From Hydrurus foetidus (Eukaryota), in contig UYFQ01000001.1 of the NCBI GenBank assembly GCA_900617105.1, forward strand, positions 558,001 to 622,000: 64,000 nucleotides of DNA. The letters are read 5' to 3'. The notes beneath the pieces are model-generated. The model worked only from the letters and a program-made list of their open reading frames with translations. It was not told the DNA's origin and made no database searches. The position numbers were made by a program, and so were the translations under genes. This document shows positions 48,964 to 58,996 of the stretch, in pieces (the first letter of the stretch is position 1; every line of letters starts with the position of its first letter).

Positions 48964-49698
48964 ATGCAAAAAAACGCATCTATTCAACGGCTCGCCATGG
49001 CCATGGCATGTGCTGGCCTGTGCCAGGTCGCCGTCGCCCATGACGGTACCCATACCGGCGGCATCCAGAGTGCGCCCGCATCCAAAGTGCAGGCACCGTT
49101 TGACATCTTTCACACCCGCATCAGTACCGAAGGCAACATTGCGACTTTCCACATCGCCGTGTCAGGGAAGGCCGGTGCCAACAAGCCTTCCAAGTCCGGC
49201 AAGCTGGCGGGCAGCAAGGTGTTTTCGTACGTGTGGCCAACAACCATTGATCCGTCGGCGGTCGGCTTTGAGGCCAAGAGCGGTATCCTGGCATTTGCAG
49301 TGACCAGCCATCCCGACTTCAACGACACGCCTTTGTTTGCTGGTGGCGGTGGCGAATGGCATTCGCACTGGGTGGTGCTGCAACCTGACGACGCCTGTGG
49401 CAAGGGTGCGCTCAAAGTGGTTGATATCCCCGAGGGCGCCAAGCCCAAGCTACCCAAGACTTGGCCGGGCCTACCCATACTGATTGACAGCCCCGGATGG
49501 AACCCTGTCTTCAAAGGCAAAACGCTGGAAGTGAAGGTTCCGTTCGACGACATCGGTGTCGTGCAGGCTGCGAGTTTTGACGGTGTCACGGCGGCCCTGC
49601 GGGTGAGCGCCAGTATGCACAACCCCTTGTTGTGTGTCGTCGATGTATTCAAGGTGGCCTCTGGCAATTTGTCTTTGCCGGGCAAGGTCAACCAATAG
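48964..49698 (+). CDS. Secreted hypothetical protein with His/Asp motifs
   Basis: Signal peptide, then HDGTH, TSHPDFNDTP and WHSHWVVL. GAGG upstream. Confidence 0.75.
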   Translation: MQKNASIQRLAMAMACAGLCQVAVAHDGTHTGGIQSAPASKVQAPFDIFHTRISTEGNIATFHIAVSGKAGANKPSKSGKLAGSKVFSYVWPTTIDPSAVGFEAKSGILAFAVTSHPDFNDTPLFAGGGGEWHSHWVVLQPDDACGKGALKVVDIPEGAKPKLPKTWPGLPILIDSPGWNPVFKGKTLEVKVPFDDIGVVQAASFDGVTAALRVSASMHNPLLCVVDVFKVASGNLSLPGKVNQ

Positions 49699-49751
49699 CG
49701 CCCTAATTTTTCACTCCTTTTCATCCCTCCACTCTTAACAAGGAAATCACC

Positions 49752-50297
49752 ATGTCACGCGTTCAACTGATCGACTCTTCCAACACCACAGCCAACCGCC
49801 AGGCGCTGTTGGAGCAAGTCCACAAGGCCTTTGGTGCCACGCCCAATATGTTCAAGGCGGTGGCAAACTCTCCGGCCGCACTCAAAAGCATGTGGGGCTC
49901 GTTTGGTGCATTGGGCTCAGGGGTTCTCGGTGCCAAGCTGGGCGAACAAATCGCCGTGGCAATCGCGGACAGAAACCGCTGCGAGTACTGCCTGGCTGCG
50001 CACACTGTGCTGGGCAAAGGCGCCGGAGCTACAGCAGAAGAAATGTCTGCTGCACAAGCCGGCCAATCTGCAGACCCGAAGACCGCTGCAGCGCTGACAT
50101 TTGCGCTCAAGGTTGTCAGTAACCGGGCTCAGATATCCAACGAAGATGTTGCCCAGCTACGCAGCGCTGGGTTTGAGGATGAACATATCGTCGAAATCCT
50201 GGCGCACGTTGCGCTGAACATCTTCACCAACTATGTCAACGTGGCCTTTGATGTGCCCGTGGACTTTCCCAAGGTGGCTCTGAACGCTGCGGTCTGA
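49752..50297 (+). CDS. AhpD/CMD-family peroxidase
   Basis: PNMF, NSPAAL, NRCEYCLAAH and NIFTNY motifs. Confidence 0.9.
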   Translation: MSRVQLIDSSNTTANRQALLEQVHKAFGATPNMFKAVANSPAALKSMWGSFGALGSGVLGAKLGEQIAVAIADRNRCEYCLAAHTVLGKGAGATAEEMSAAQAGQSADPKTAAALTFALKVVSNRAQISNEDVAQLRSAGFEDEHIVEILAHVALNIFTNYVNVAFDVPVDFPKVALNAAV

Positions 50298-50355
50298 TTT
50301 CTGGCGTGGGCGTTGGAACTCACCGGACAACGCCCACCACAAAAAGAGAAACATC

Positions 50356-50613
50356 ATGCAAAAAACTATTCTGTTCCACGACGGCTGCAACGTTTGCCTC
50401 TCCATTGAGGCCGCTTTCAAGCAGCTTTTTGGCAATGGGTCGGTCGACTTTGAATCCGTCAATCTGGGCCTGGACAACCGCCGAAGCGCAGAGGCAGTGC
50501 AACTGGGTATCACCCGACTTCCGTCCCTTGTTCTTGATGGCAAAGTCCTTAGAGTTGAAGACCACTCTCCCATTGAGCACTACCTCACAGCGGCCGCTGT
50601 CGATTGTTTGTAA
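50356..50613 (+). CDS. Small thioredoxin-fold protein (CNVC)
   Basis: FHDGCNVC and GITRLPSLVLDG motifs. Confidence 0.75.
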   Translation: MQKTILFHDGCNVCLSIEAAFKQLFGNGSVDFESVNLGLDNRRSAEAVQLGITRLPSLVLDGKVLRVEDHSPIEHYLTAAAVDCL

Positions 50614-50686
50614 CGAACGGGGTTGCTTGGGATTCGTCTAGCGGCATTTGAACCCTGCAACCCAACCCTGAAAACCGAGAATCACA

Positions 50687-50950
50687 ATGCAAATTTCAGT
50701 CTATGACACCTATGTTCAACGCCCGGATGGGCGTCGCATGCACTTTGACATTCTGGTGCCAGCAACACTCAAGGACATTGAAACCATTCTGAGTTTTGGT
50801 CGAACTTACCTGGCGGCCAAAGGCCTACCGAGCACAGCGCTAAAAGCTGAAAAGTGCCGCTATTGCCATATGGAGTCCGCAGTGCCGCTGGTCGAAGATG
50901 AGCTCGCAAACACCGGCTTTGCCATCCTGGAATTAGAGAATAGCGAATAG
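50687..50950 (+). CDS. DUF2024-family protein
   Basis: VYDTYV, MHFDILVP and CRYCH motifs. Confidence 0.8.
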   Translation: MQISVYDTYVQRPDGRRMHFDILVPATLKDIETILSFGRTYLAAKGLPSTALKAEKCRYCHMESAVPLVEDELANTGFAILELENSE

Positions 50951-50985
50951 CGTATAAAAACCTAACAAACCAATTTTCACCAGGC

Positions 50986-53900
50986 TTACAGGCCTGAATG
51001 TGCATTAATCGCAGCGGCAGCTTCAGCAAAAGTATCAGCCAGGCCAGCAGCCAAGCTGCGGCACTGGGGGGCATCCGCGGCGCGCCCGGCGGTCTCCAGG
51101 CGCTGGCACAACGCACCCAGCGCTAGCGCACCCACGCTGCGTGCGGAGCTCTTGAGCGTGTGTGCCACGCCGGTCAGGGTGCTGGTGTCGTTGGCGGCAG
51201 AAGCGGCGCTGATCTCAGCCGTTTGCTTCTGTGCATTGCGCAAGAACTCTTGCAGCAAGTCTGCCAGCATGTCCTGGTCATCACCTATCAGCTCACGCAG
51301 GGTATTGGCGTTCCACACGGGCAGGGCGTTGTCATCCACCGTGTCTAGCGCCACCTCCACGTGCGCTGTCGGAGCGGATGCGTGTGCGCCGGAGGATTCA
51401 ACGGTTGGCATCCACTTGCCCAGCATGGCCGACAACGCCTTCATGCGCAGCGGCTTGGACAAGTAGTCATCCATACCCTGCTCAAGGCAGCGCTGTGCTT
51501 CACCCTGCATGGCATTCGCGGTGACAGCGATGATGGGCAAGCGCGCGTCCACAGACTCAGCCTCCCGGATGGCAGACGTCAGCCCGAAGCCGTCCAGATT
51601 GGGCATATGGCAGTCGCTCAGCAGCAGGGCGTACCGACCGGGGTTAGCCTGCCACATGCGCAGAGCAATGGCGCCGTCTTCGGCAACTTCACAGGCGTAG
51701 CCCAGCAGATGCAATTGCTGTTGAATGACGTTGTAATTGGTCACGTTGTCTTCTGCCAGCAGAATCAGGCGCCGAGTCTGCACCGCTTCTTCTATCGTGG
51801 GCGCGGCCAGACGGGGGTGGGTGCGGCGTTCCATGTAAATACTGTTGCTGGCGGTGCCCTCGGTGCTCACGCGACCGCTGGCGCGGGCAATAGCCCCTAT
51901 CAGATCATCCCGCAGCATGGGGCGCACGTGCACGACGGTGTCGTTTGCAAAGCCCAGCGTACCGCGCACGATGCCGCGCACCACACCGACCGTAGCAGGC
52001 AGACCAAGCTCTGCCGTGGGTAAGGTAGTCGTTTTATCCACTACCACCACCCACTGTTGTCCAGGTTCTGATTGCGCTAAAAAGTTTCTGGCTGCCACGA
52101 TGTCTGGCACCACGTTAACGTGTGCACCCGCGTGTACGTAGTAGTCCGTATGTGCGGTAACGGCAAAGACGTTGCGCGTCACCAGCAGCACCCGCAGTCC
52201 TGCGATCTTTGCATCGTCTGGCAACGCGCGCTCTGCCGGGGCTACCCGCAATGGCAGTTCCACGGAAAACTCGGAGCCCTGGCCCGGGGTACTGCACACG
52301 GTGATGTGCCCACCCATCAGCGCCACCAAGCGCTGGCTGATCGACAGGCCCAGCCCTGTACCACCAAACTTGCGTGCCGTGCTTTCATCCCCCTGGGTGA
52401 AGGGTTGAAATAGCTTGGCCACCACCTCAGGTGCCATGCCAATTCCGTTGTCCACTACGTCAAAGCGCACTCCGTCGCCACCGTTTTCCAACAAGCAGGG
52501 GGTGACGCTCAGGCTCACCTCGGGGCACTTGTCGTCGCGCTGGCCACTGAACTTGATAGCGTTGCCTAACAGGTTGAGCAGCACCTGACGCAGGCGGTTG
52601 GGGTCACCAAAGGTCCAAACCGGCAGCTGAGTCGATACAAACAACGAGATCTCGGCCTGCGTGCCGGGTAACGACACCAGCAGCTGAGTCACACCTTCGG
52701 CCACCTCGCGCAGATGCATGGGTATACGTTCTACTGCCAGTTTGCCGGCCTCTATTTTGGAGAAGTCCAAAACGTCATTAAGGATTTGCAGCAGCGCCAG
52801 CGATGAGCGGTGGATGGTGTCAAGCATCCGCTGCTGCTCGGGTTTGAGTTCAGCCTCCTGCAAAATTTCAACCATGCCCACCACGCCATTCATGGGGGTG
52901 CGAATCTCGTGGCTCATATTGGCCAAAAACTCGCTTTTGGCGCGATTGGCTGCTGCGATCGCTTCTTCTGCGCCTTTTAACGAGGTGATGTCCACCACCA
53001 CCCCATGCATATGGGTCGCCAGTCCATTCGCATCACGCACAACCTCACCCAGCACGTGAATCCATGCGACTCGTCCGTCACTGGGGCGTCGGTAGGGATG
53101 AATCATGTCGTATCGGGGAATGCGCCCTTCGACCGCCGCCAGGTAGTTGTTCAGTGTGGCCTCGGCCGCAACAGGGTCTGCTGCGGCGATATTGACATAC
53201 CAGTCATCCATGATGTGGTAGCGCAAGTCGACACGTGGCGGATCTCCAAAAATGGCAACAGTGCGGTCTGATGAAATATAAAAATCAGCACTCTGCGTGA
53301 AATCAATGCTCCAGAGGCCCGCGAGCGCGAGCTCCATGGCTTGCTCTTTGAGAAATTCAGCCTCTTCGGCGTCATGTCGACCGGTCATTTGCTGGCGCAC
53401 CAGCAGGGCAAGCAGGGTGCTGAGCAGTGTGCCGATTGCAAGCATGGCGATGGGCGTGAAGTAGCCAGCGTCGGCATCAAATGCGCTGATGCTGTTGACC
53501 CGTAGTGTCAGGTCTTGCCCGGCCAGCGTCAGTGTCTGGCTGCGCGAAAAAAGCCGCCCGGCTACCGCGCTATGGGGCGCAGCGTCGTGCTCGGACATGT
53601 GGCCGTCGGCATCAAAGAGCACTGCGCCGGTTGCGTCGAAGAGTTCAAAATCGACCAGACCACCGCGTACAGAGGTCATTCCATCCAGCAACTCGGACAT
53701 CACCAGTGGGGCATACGCCAGCCCCCGTAGCGAAGCCCGCCGCTCGGCTGCCGTGGTGGGGTGTGTACCGATGGTATACACCGGCAAATACAGCAGCACG
53801 CCAGGAGTTTTGCGGTGGTCTTGCACCAAAGTGATAGCGGCAGTCATGGAGGGCTTGCCGGTATCGACAGCGCGCTGTGCTGCGGTCCGACGGTTGGCCT

Positions 53901-54441
53901 CAGAGCCAACATCCAGACCCTGGGCACCGGTGTTGGCTACGGCCGGCTCGATGAGTTTAATGATGTAAAAATCGTCGTGGGTCTTGTCGGCTAATTGGCG
54001 CAGTGCAAACTGTGGCGCACCGTCGGCCTGCTCGGCGGCAACGAATGCGGTCAGTTCGTTGTTCTGCACGCGCTGAATAAAGCCAAACCCCCGCACGCCA
54101 ACAAACTCTCGGGCTATGTCACGTGATTCCACGTAGGCCTGAAAACTTGCCCGCTCGACACGGGGTAAGACGGCATACAAGCCCCGGACGCCCTGCAGTC
54201 CGTAGATAGCATTCTGCGTGCGCGTGGTGATATGTTCAACGACTGCCTGCACCTGGTTATGGAAACGGACTTCTGCTGTGGTGACTGCGTCGTTTTGCTT
54301 CCATCGTGCGGCGCTGGCGACCAAGCATAGCCCGATCAGCAATACCCACAGTGGTACCCATACCGCGTTGTTGTTGGTTGGACGGGATGGTTGCGGGGAC
54401 GCAAGAGAGTGGATCATGGTGGATTCTTGTGGATCTTGCAT
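50986..54441 (-). CDS. Hybrid sensor kinase (CHASE-PAS-HisKA-HATPase-REC-HPt)
   Basis: AQGLDV CHASE motif, FLANMSHEIRTPMNG, NLLGNAIKF, DNGIG, GGTGLGL, DCHMPNLDG and AHTLKSSA motifs. Confidence 0.93.
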   Translation of the reverse strand: MQDPQESTMIHSLASPQPSRPTNNNAVWVPLWVLLIGLCLVASAARWKQNDAVTTAEVRFHNQVQAVVEHITTRTQNAIYGLQGVRGLYAVLPRVERASFQAYVESRDIAREFVGVRGFGFIQRVQNNELTAFVAAEQADGAPQFALRQLADKTHDDFYIIKLIEPAVANTGAQGLDVGSEANRRTAAQRAVDTGKPSMTAAITLVQDHRKTPGVLLYLPVYTIGTHPTTAAERRASLRGLAYAPLVMSELLDGMTSVRGGLVDFELFDATGAVLFDADGHMSEHDAAPHSAVAGRLFSRSQTLTLAGQDLTLRVNSISAFDADAGYFTPIAMLAIGTLLSTLLALLVRQQMTGRHDAEEAEFLKEQAMELALAGLWSIDFTQSADFYISSDRTVAIFGDPPRVDLRYHIMDDWYVNIAAADPVAAEATLNNYLAAVEGRIPRYDMIHPYRRPSDGRVAWIHVLGEVVRDANGLATHMHGVVVDITSLKGAEEAIAAANRAKSEFLANMSHEIRTPMNGVVGMVEILQEAELKPEQQRMLDTIHRSSLALLQILNDVLDFSKIEAGKLAVERIPMHLREVAEGVTQLLVSLPGTQAEISLFVSTQLPVWTFGDPNRLRQVLLNLLGNAIKFSGQRDDKCPEVSLSVTPCLLENGGDGVRFDVVDNGIGMAPEVVAKLFQPFTQGDESTARKFGGTGLGLSISQRLVALMGGHITVCSTPGQGSEFSVELPLRVAPAERALPDDAKIAGLRVLLVTRNVFAVTAHTDYYVHAGAHVNVVPDIVAARNFLAQSEPGQQWVVVVDKTTTLPTAELGLPATVGVVRGIVRGTLGFANDTVVHVRPMLRDDLIGAIARASGRVSTEGTASNSIYMERRTHPRLAAPTIEEAVQTRRLILLAEDNVTNYNVIQQQLHLLGYACEVAEDGAIALRMWQANPGRYALLLSDCHMPNLDGFGLTSAIREAESVDARLPIIAVTANAMQGEAQRCLEQGMDDYLSKPLRMKALSAMLGKWMPTVESSGAHASAPTAHVEVALDTVDDNALPVWNANTLRELIGDDQDMLADLLQEFLRNAQKQTAEISAASAANDTSTLTGVAHTLKSSARSVGALALGALCQRLETAGRAADAPQCRSLAAGLADTFAEAAAAINAHSGL

Positions 54442-54712
54442 TTTTGCTATTTTATTAATAGCATTATGTGCATGTATTACAAGGTTTGAAGGTCAAATTG
54501 ACTGTTTATTTCGGCGACGGCTTACGCCGTATTCAACCCGTCAGCCATTGCGCAGCATCCACCTGCATCTCCTGCCCGCCCTGAGGCCTACATGGCTTGT
54601 CACAACTCGCCCAAACGCAAGGATCCGACACTGCTGGCGGCACTTTTGAGCGTATGGGCAACATCGGCCATGGCGGTGGCTCGCCTTTCAGGAAGCTGGC
54701 TTCACTTCAAGT

Positions 54713-55141
54713 CTAGGCGAGGTGCATGGAATTGCGTGCCAATGCGTCAGCCAGGTTATCGAGGGGTACCGGTTTGGTGTAAGCGCCCAGCATTTTGAGG
54801 CCGTCGGCGACTGCCACCTGTTGGGCAATGTCCATCATCGTGACGTCTTGACCGCTGAGCAAAATAATGCCGCCCTTGTAGTTTCTTTTGGTCATTTCTG
54901 CCATGAATTCGATACCGTCCATTTCGGGCATGAATACGTCGCAAATTATGATGTCGGGAGCGCACGGCAGTACTTCCAAGGTGCTCAGTCCTGCTTGGCC
55001 GTTGAGAGCGGTATGAATATTGGTCACCCCCAGCTTTTTCAACATCGTGGAGATGAGCGTATGGCTGAAAGCATCGTCGTCGACAATCAGCACCATGGTA
55101 GAAGCGTTTGGTGAGGGTATGTCCTGCAATGGGATGTTCAT
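54713..55141 (-). CDS. Single-domain response regulator
   Basis: LIVDDD, ICDVFMPEMDG, LLSG and TKP motifs. Confidence 0.88.
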   Translation of the reverse strand: MNIPLQDIPSPNASTMVLIVDDDAFSHTLISTMLKKLGVTNIHTALNGQAGLSTLEVLPCAPDIIICDVFMPEMDGIEFMAEMTKRNYKGGIILLSGQDVTMMDIAQQVAVADGLKMLGAYTKPVPLDNLADALARNSMHLA

Positions 55142-55557
55142 AGTTTCTGCCGGTATGGAAATGGAAATACAAATACAACGCCTCCCCATCTGTAAATCCT
55201 CAGACCGGTCACGTTTGTGTGTGACGGCCGCAAATGGCGCGCAGTAGCTTTTTATAGGGCAGATTCTAACTAAGCGCTGCACTGTATGCCCATGAAGCAA
55301 CCAGAGTGCAGAGCGCAAATGATCTTGAAGTTGGACTAGCCCCCCGTTCTGAACGAGCCTCTACACGACTGGCGATCCTTAATGCAACAAAACTTGCTTA
55401 TGCACCCCATGAATAAGGGGTAACGCCGCCCGTCGATACAATCGACAGGGACGCTACAGTTAGCAGCTTGACGGTTGCTAACTTTTTGTCATTTTGGGGC
55501 CATGATTGCGTTATCTCTGTGACTGCGTGGTGTGATGGTGCCGTGAACTGAGGATTT

Positions 55558-55890
55558 TTGACTGTGAAAAAAACATTTCAACTTAACATTGAAGGCAAGC
55601 ACCCTGAGCGCTTGCTGGAGGCCATCAAGCACGAAATTCGCAAATATGTGAAGCGCCAACGGCGCGTTACTTTGCCCGAAGGCGTTGATTTTTGGGATTT
55701 CGACTGCCGGTTTGGTGCCACGCAAGCAACCGCCGTCGTGGTGCATTTTGCGACTATCACCGCGTTGATTGACGCTGTAGCCAAAGAAGGGGGCAGTGCG
55801 TTTTATATTGAGCTGCTGGCCAAGATGGGCCACCGTTCTGCCAAAGAGCCTCGTCCTGCGGCTGATGCTGCTGATGATTTCGGAAATTAA
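55558..55890 (+). CDS. DUF6172-like conserved small protein
   Basis: KHEIRKYVKRQRR and LPEGVDFWDFDCRFG motifs. Confidence 0.75.
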   Translation: MTVKKTFQLNIEGKHPERLLEAIKHEIRKYVKRQRRVTLPEGVDFWDFDCRFGATQATAVVVHFATITALIDAVAKEGGSAFYIELLAKMGHRSAKEPRPAADAADDFGN

Positions 55891-55904
55891 GTGCTTGTTT
55901 TAGC

Positions 55905-56294
55905 GTGACCGCTACAGCGCCCTTGCCGCCACTCTTGTACCTGGACTTCGAGTACAGCGAAGATCATCAAGGTATCGGCACTTTTGAGGCGATGGCTTCT
56001 ACCCAGGCGACACAAGCCGTTCGCGTTCACCAGGAAATCACACGGGTTCTGCATTGGGCGCACACCGTATTTGCAGAAATGCGAGCGCCGTTGGATGAGG
56101 GTGGTGAGTGGGATTTCGACTTGCAAGGCCAGCAAGAATGGTCTGTTGCTGAGACCTGGGTTTACAACGAAACCACGAACCAACTTACGCCACACCTGAA
56201 TGCCGCTGGGCCACCTCGGCACAGCATCACGCTGTCATTGACCGGAACCCCCCAGTTTTGCGAGGCCTTCCGACAGCAATTCAGTGAGGTTTAA
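55905..56294 (+). CDS. Conserved hypothetical protein
   Basis: YLDFEYSED...GTFEAMAS, LDEGGEWDFDLQ and LSLTGTPQFCEAF segments. Confidence 0.65.
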   Translation: MTATAPLPPLLYLDFEYSEDHQGIGTFEAMASTQATQAVRVHQEITRVLHWAHTVFAEMRAPLDEGGEWDFDLQGQQEWSVAETWVYNETTNQLTPHLNAAGPPRHSITLSLTGTPQFCEAFRQQFSEV

Positions 56295-57643
56295 AGTTGA
56301 GCCTCAGCGTAATCCATCAAGGTTGCGAGTGTTTTGCCGTCCATTGGGTAAATAGCCACACCGACCCGCAGGTTGACGTTGTGGTTCTGTCCGTTGACAG
56401 GCACGGGCTGCGATGCCCCGCTACATGCTTTGGCCGCCAGTACATCAGGTATGGCTTGGTTATCAACCAGAGGCAATAACACAGCAAAGCGGGCAGCGCT
56501 CAGGCGACACACTGTGTCTGAGCGGCGAAAGACTGCACGCAGACGTACAGCCATCACTGTCAGCACCTCATCGCCTACATCCTGTCCAAAGGATGATGTC
56601 ATTTGGTCAAAATCGGGTACTTCAATCAGCAAAATGGCGCATAAGCGCTCATGCCGAACAGCCAAGGCCAAGGCTTGTGCCAGGCGATCTTCAAACGTGT
56701 TGCGGTTCGGTAAATGGGTCAGTGCATCATGGCCTGCTGAATGCACCACGGCATCGGCCAGGACGCTGGCATGACTGGCATCGCGCAACAGCAATAGGCC
56801 TTCAATCGCTTTGCCCTCGTCATCGCGGACAACAGCTGTACGGTAGGTGACGGGTACGCGGCTGCCGTCCTCACGCTGCAGCATTGCAGATGAAGTTCCA
56901 TGGGCTTCCTCGCCTGTTAGCAGCGCACCGAGCAAGGGGTTGCCAAGGTCAGCGCCTGTTTTCATGTGTATCAGTTGCACTACATCTGCCAAGGGGCGGC
57001 TCACAGCAGCTGCCGCTGACCAGCCTGTCAAGGCTTCTGCTGCCGGGTTGATGGCGTTCAGCACCAGCGCACCATCGGCTTGCAGTACCGCCTCGTCAAT
57101 TTCTGCCAGCAGCGCATTCACACGTCGCGCTTGGTGTCGTGTCGCTTGTGCGCTGAGCCAAGCCGCGCTATCGTCACGCACCACCACAATGGACAACGTT
57201 GAAGATGTTTTGAGCGAGTCTGAGGGGTATTGTGCGTCTGGATGGGGTGGAATCATCAACGGGCGGACTGAAATATCAGCCCAAAAGGCTTCCCTTTGTT
57301 GTCGGTAGGCACGGCATTGAAGGTGTGCAACTGTGCCAGAGGTTACATGTTCAGACAGTGTTAACCAGCCAGGGTTGGTGATGTCCAGGCCCAGTAAATC
57401 AGGCAAGCAGCTTACGCCTCCTGCAACTTTGGCCGCTATGGCTGCACCGTGCAACGTCATGGCTGCAAAGGCGGCGTTGATTTGCACCACGGGTGAGCCG
57501 GGTTGTGACACATCCAGCACTGCTGCTGCCTCGGGGTTGTTGTGGATGATCCAAGCTGCAGCATCCCCCGGCGTGATGACGGTAGCAGGTGGTACCGCCA
57601 GTACTACCTCAGGCATTGGTGATGGATTCATCGGCGCAGTCAT
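56291..57643 (-). CDS. PAS-PAS protein with degenerate GGDEF domain
   Basis: HDALTHLPNR, GDEVL and RRSD are present, but SAARF replaces GGDEF. Confidence 0.85.
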   Translation of the reverse strand: MTAPMNPSPMPEVVLAVPPATVITPGDAAAWIIHNNPEAAAVLDVSQPGSPVVQINAAFAAMTLHGAAIAAKVAGGVSCLPDLLGLDITNPGWLTLSEHVTSGTVAHLQCRAYRQQREAFWADISVRPLMIPPHPDAQYPSDSLKTSSTLSIVVVRDDSAAWLSAQATRHQARRVNALLAEIDEAVLQADGALVLNAINPAAEALTGWSAAAAVSRPLADVVQLIHMKTGADLGNPLLGALLTGEEAHGTSSAMLQREDGSRVPVTYRTAVVRDDEGKAIEGLLLLRDASHASVLADAVVHSAGHDALTHLPNRNTFEDRLAQALALAVRHERLCAILLIEVPDFDQMTSSFGQDVGDEVLTVMAVRLRAVFRRSDTVCRLSAARFAVLLPLVDNQAIPDVLAAKACSGASQPVPVNGQNHNVNLRVGVAIYPMDGKTLATLMDYAEAQL

Positions 57644-57652
57644 GTCAAACCC

Positions 57653-58201
57653 TTAAACAATATCAACCGTATGAACGCCAAAAATCCCCAGTTTGCGGTC
57701 AGCAAAGTACCGCTCCAGGGTCACGCGCACAGTGCGAAAAGCGATCTCGTCCCAAGGAATATCAGCCTCAGTGAACAACTGGGCTTCCATCGTTTCGTGG
57801 CCTGGATCGAACTTGTCACTGCGCAGTTGTGCCAAGTAAAACAGGTGAACTTGCCCCACCCTGGGCACGCTCAGCAGCGAAAACAAAGGCCCCATTTCAA
57901 TCTGTGCGCCAGCCTCTTCATCGGTCTCGCGGGCGGCCCCTTCAGCGGCTGTTTCGTTCAACTCCATGAAGCCCGCAGGCAGCGTCCAAAAACCTTTGCG
58001 CGGCTCAATGTTGCGTTTGCACAGCAGCACACGTTCGTCCAGATAAGGCACGGTGCCCACCACGTTCAGCGGGTTTTCATAGTGGACGGTGTGGCAGGCT
58101 GGGCAAATAGCGCGTTCGCGCACATCGCCGTCGTCTGGAAGTCGGTAAACCACGGCGGTGCCGCAGGCTTTGCAATGCTTGATGGGGCTGCGAAATATCA
58201 T
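57653..58201 (-). CDS. NUDIX hydrolase with zinc ribbon
   Basis: HCKACG...CPAC and GFMELNETAAEGAARETDEEAG motifs. Confidence 0.92.
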   Translation of the reverse strand: MIFRSPIKHCKACGTAVVYRLPDDGDVRERAICPACHTVHYENPLNVVGTVPYLDERVLLCKRNIEPRKGFWTLPAGFMELNETAAEGAARETDEEAGAQIEMGPLFSLLSVPRVGQVHLFYLAQLRSDKFDPGHETMEAQLFTEADIPWDEIAFRTVRVTLERYFADRKLGIFGVHTVDIV

Positions 58202-58222
58202 GGCATCAGAGTGTAGGGCGTT

Positions 58223-58921
58223 TTAAATGACAGCGACCGTCAGTGTCTCCAGCCCCGCCACCCCGCCCACCAGCGTATCGCCCACCACCACCGCTGCCAC
58301 ACCTTCGGGCGTGCCCGAAAAAATCAAATCCCCCGGTTGCAGCTCCCACGCGGCGCTCATGACTTCGATGAACTCGCCGATGTTCCAAATCAGTTTGGAC
58401 ACGTTGCTGCGCTGGCGGTCTTGGCCGTTCACTTGCAGCCAAATCTCTGCGTTGGCGATGTCGCCAGCCTGCGAGGCCGGGGTGATGGGGCCGATGGGGG
58501 CGGATTGTTCAAACGATTTGCCGATTTCCCAGGGGCGGCCTTGCTTTTTCATCTCGTTTTGCAGATCGCGGCGTGTCATGTCCAGGCCCACGGCGTAGCC
58601 GTAGACGTGGCTGAGCGCGTCGACGGCTTTGATATTTTTGCCACCCTTGCCGATGGCGACGACCAGTTCGATCTCGTGGTGCAGGTTTTTTGTCAGACTG
58701 GGGTAGGCCATCTGGCCCATTTCACCCGCGCTGACTGGCACCACTGCATCGGCCGGTTTGAAGAAAAAGAAAGGTGGTTCGCGGCCTGTGAAGCCCATCT
58801 CTTTGGCATGTTCTTCGTAGTTGCGGCCCACGCAGTAGACGCGGCGCACAGGGAAGCGCTCGGTGGTACCCACAACGGGAATGGAGACTTGAGGTGCAGG
58901 GGGAACGACGTAGGTGGTCAT
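58223..58921 (-). CDS. Fumarylacetoacetate hydrolase-family protein
   Basis: YCVGRNY, HHEIEL, DMTRRDLQ and SGTPEGV motifs. Confidence 0.93.
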   Translation of the reverse strand: MTTYVVPPAPQVSIPVVGTTERFPVRRVYCVGRNYEEHAKEMGFTGREPPFFFFKPADAVVPVSAGEMGQMAYPSLTKNLHHEIELVVAIGKGGKNIKAVDALSHVYGYAVGLDMTRRDLQNEMKKQGRPWEIGKSFEQSAPIGPITPASQAGDIANAEIWLQVNGQDRQRSNVSKLIWNIGEFIEVMSAAWELQPGDLIFSGTPEGVAAVVVGDTLVGGVAGLETLTVAVI

Positions 58922-58996
58922 GGTGCGGGTCATATGAAGGAAATGAAGGAGGGGCAATCGCTGTGAAAAGAGGGCGAAAGAAGCTCAGGCTGGCGC

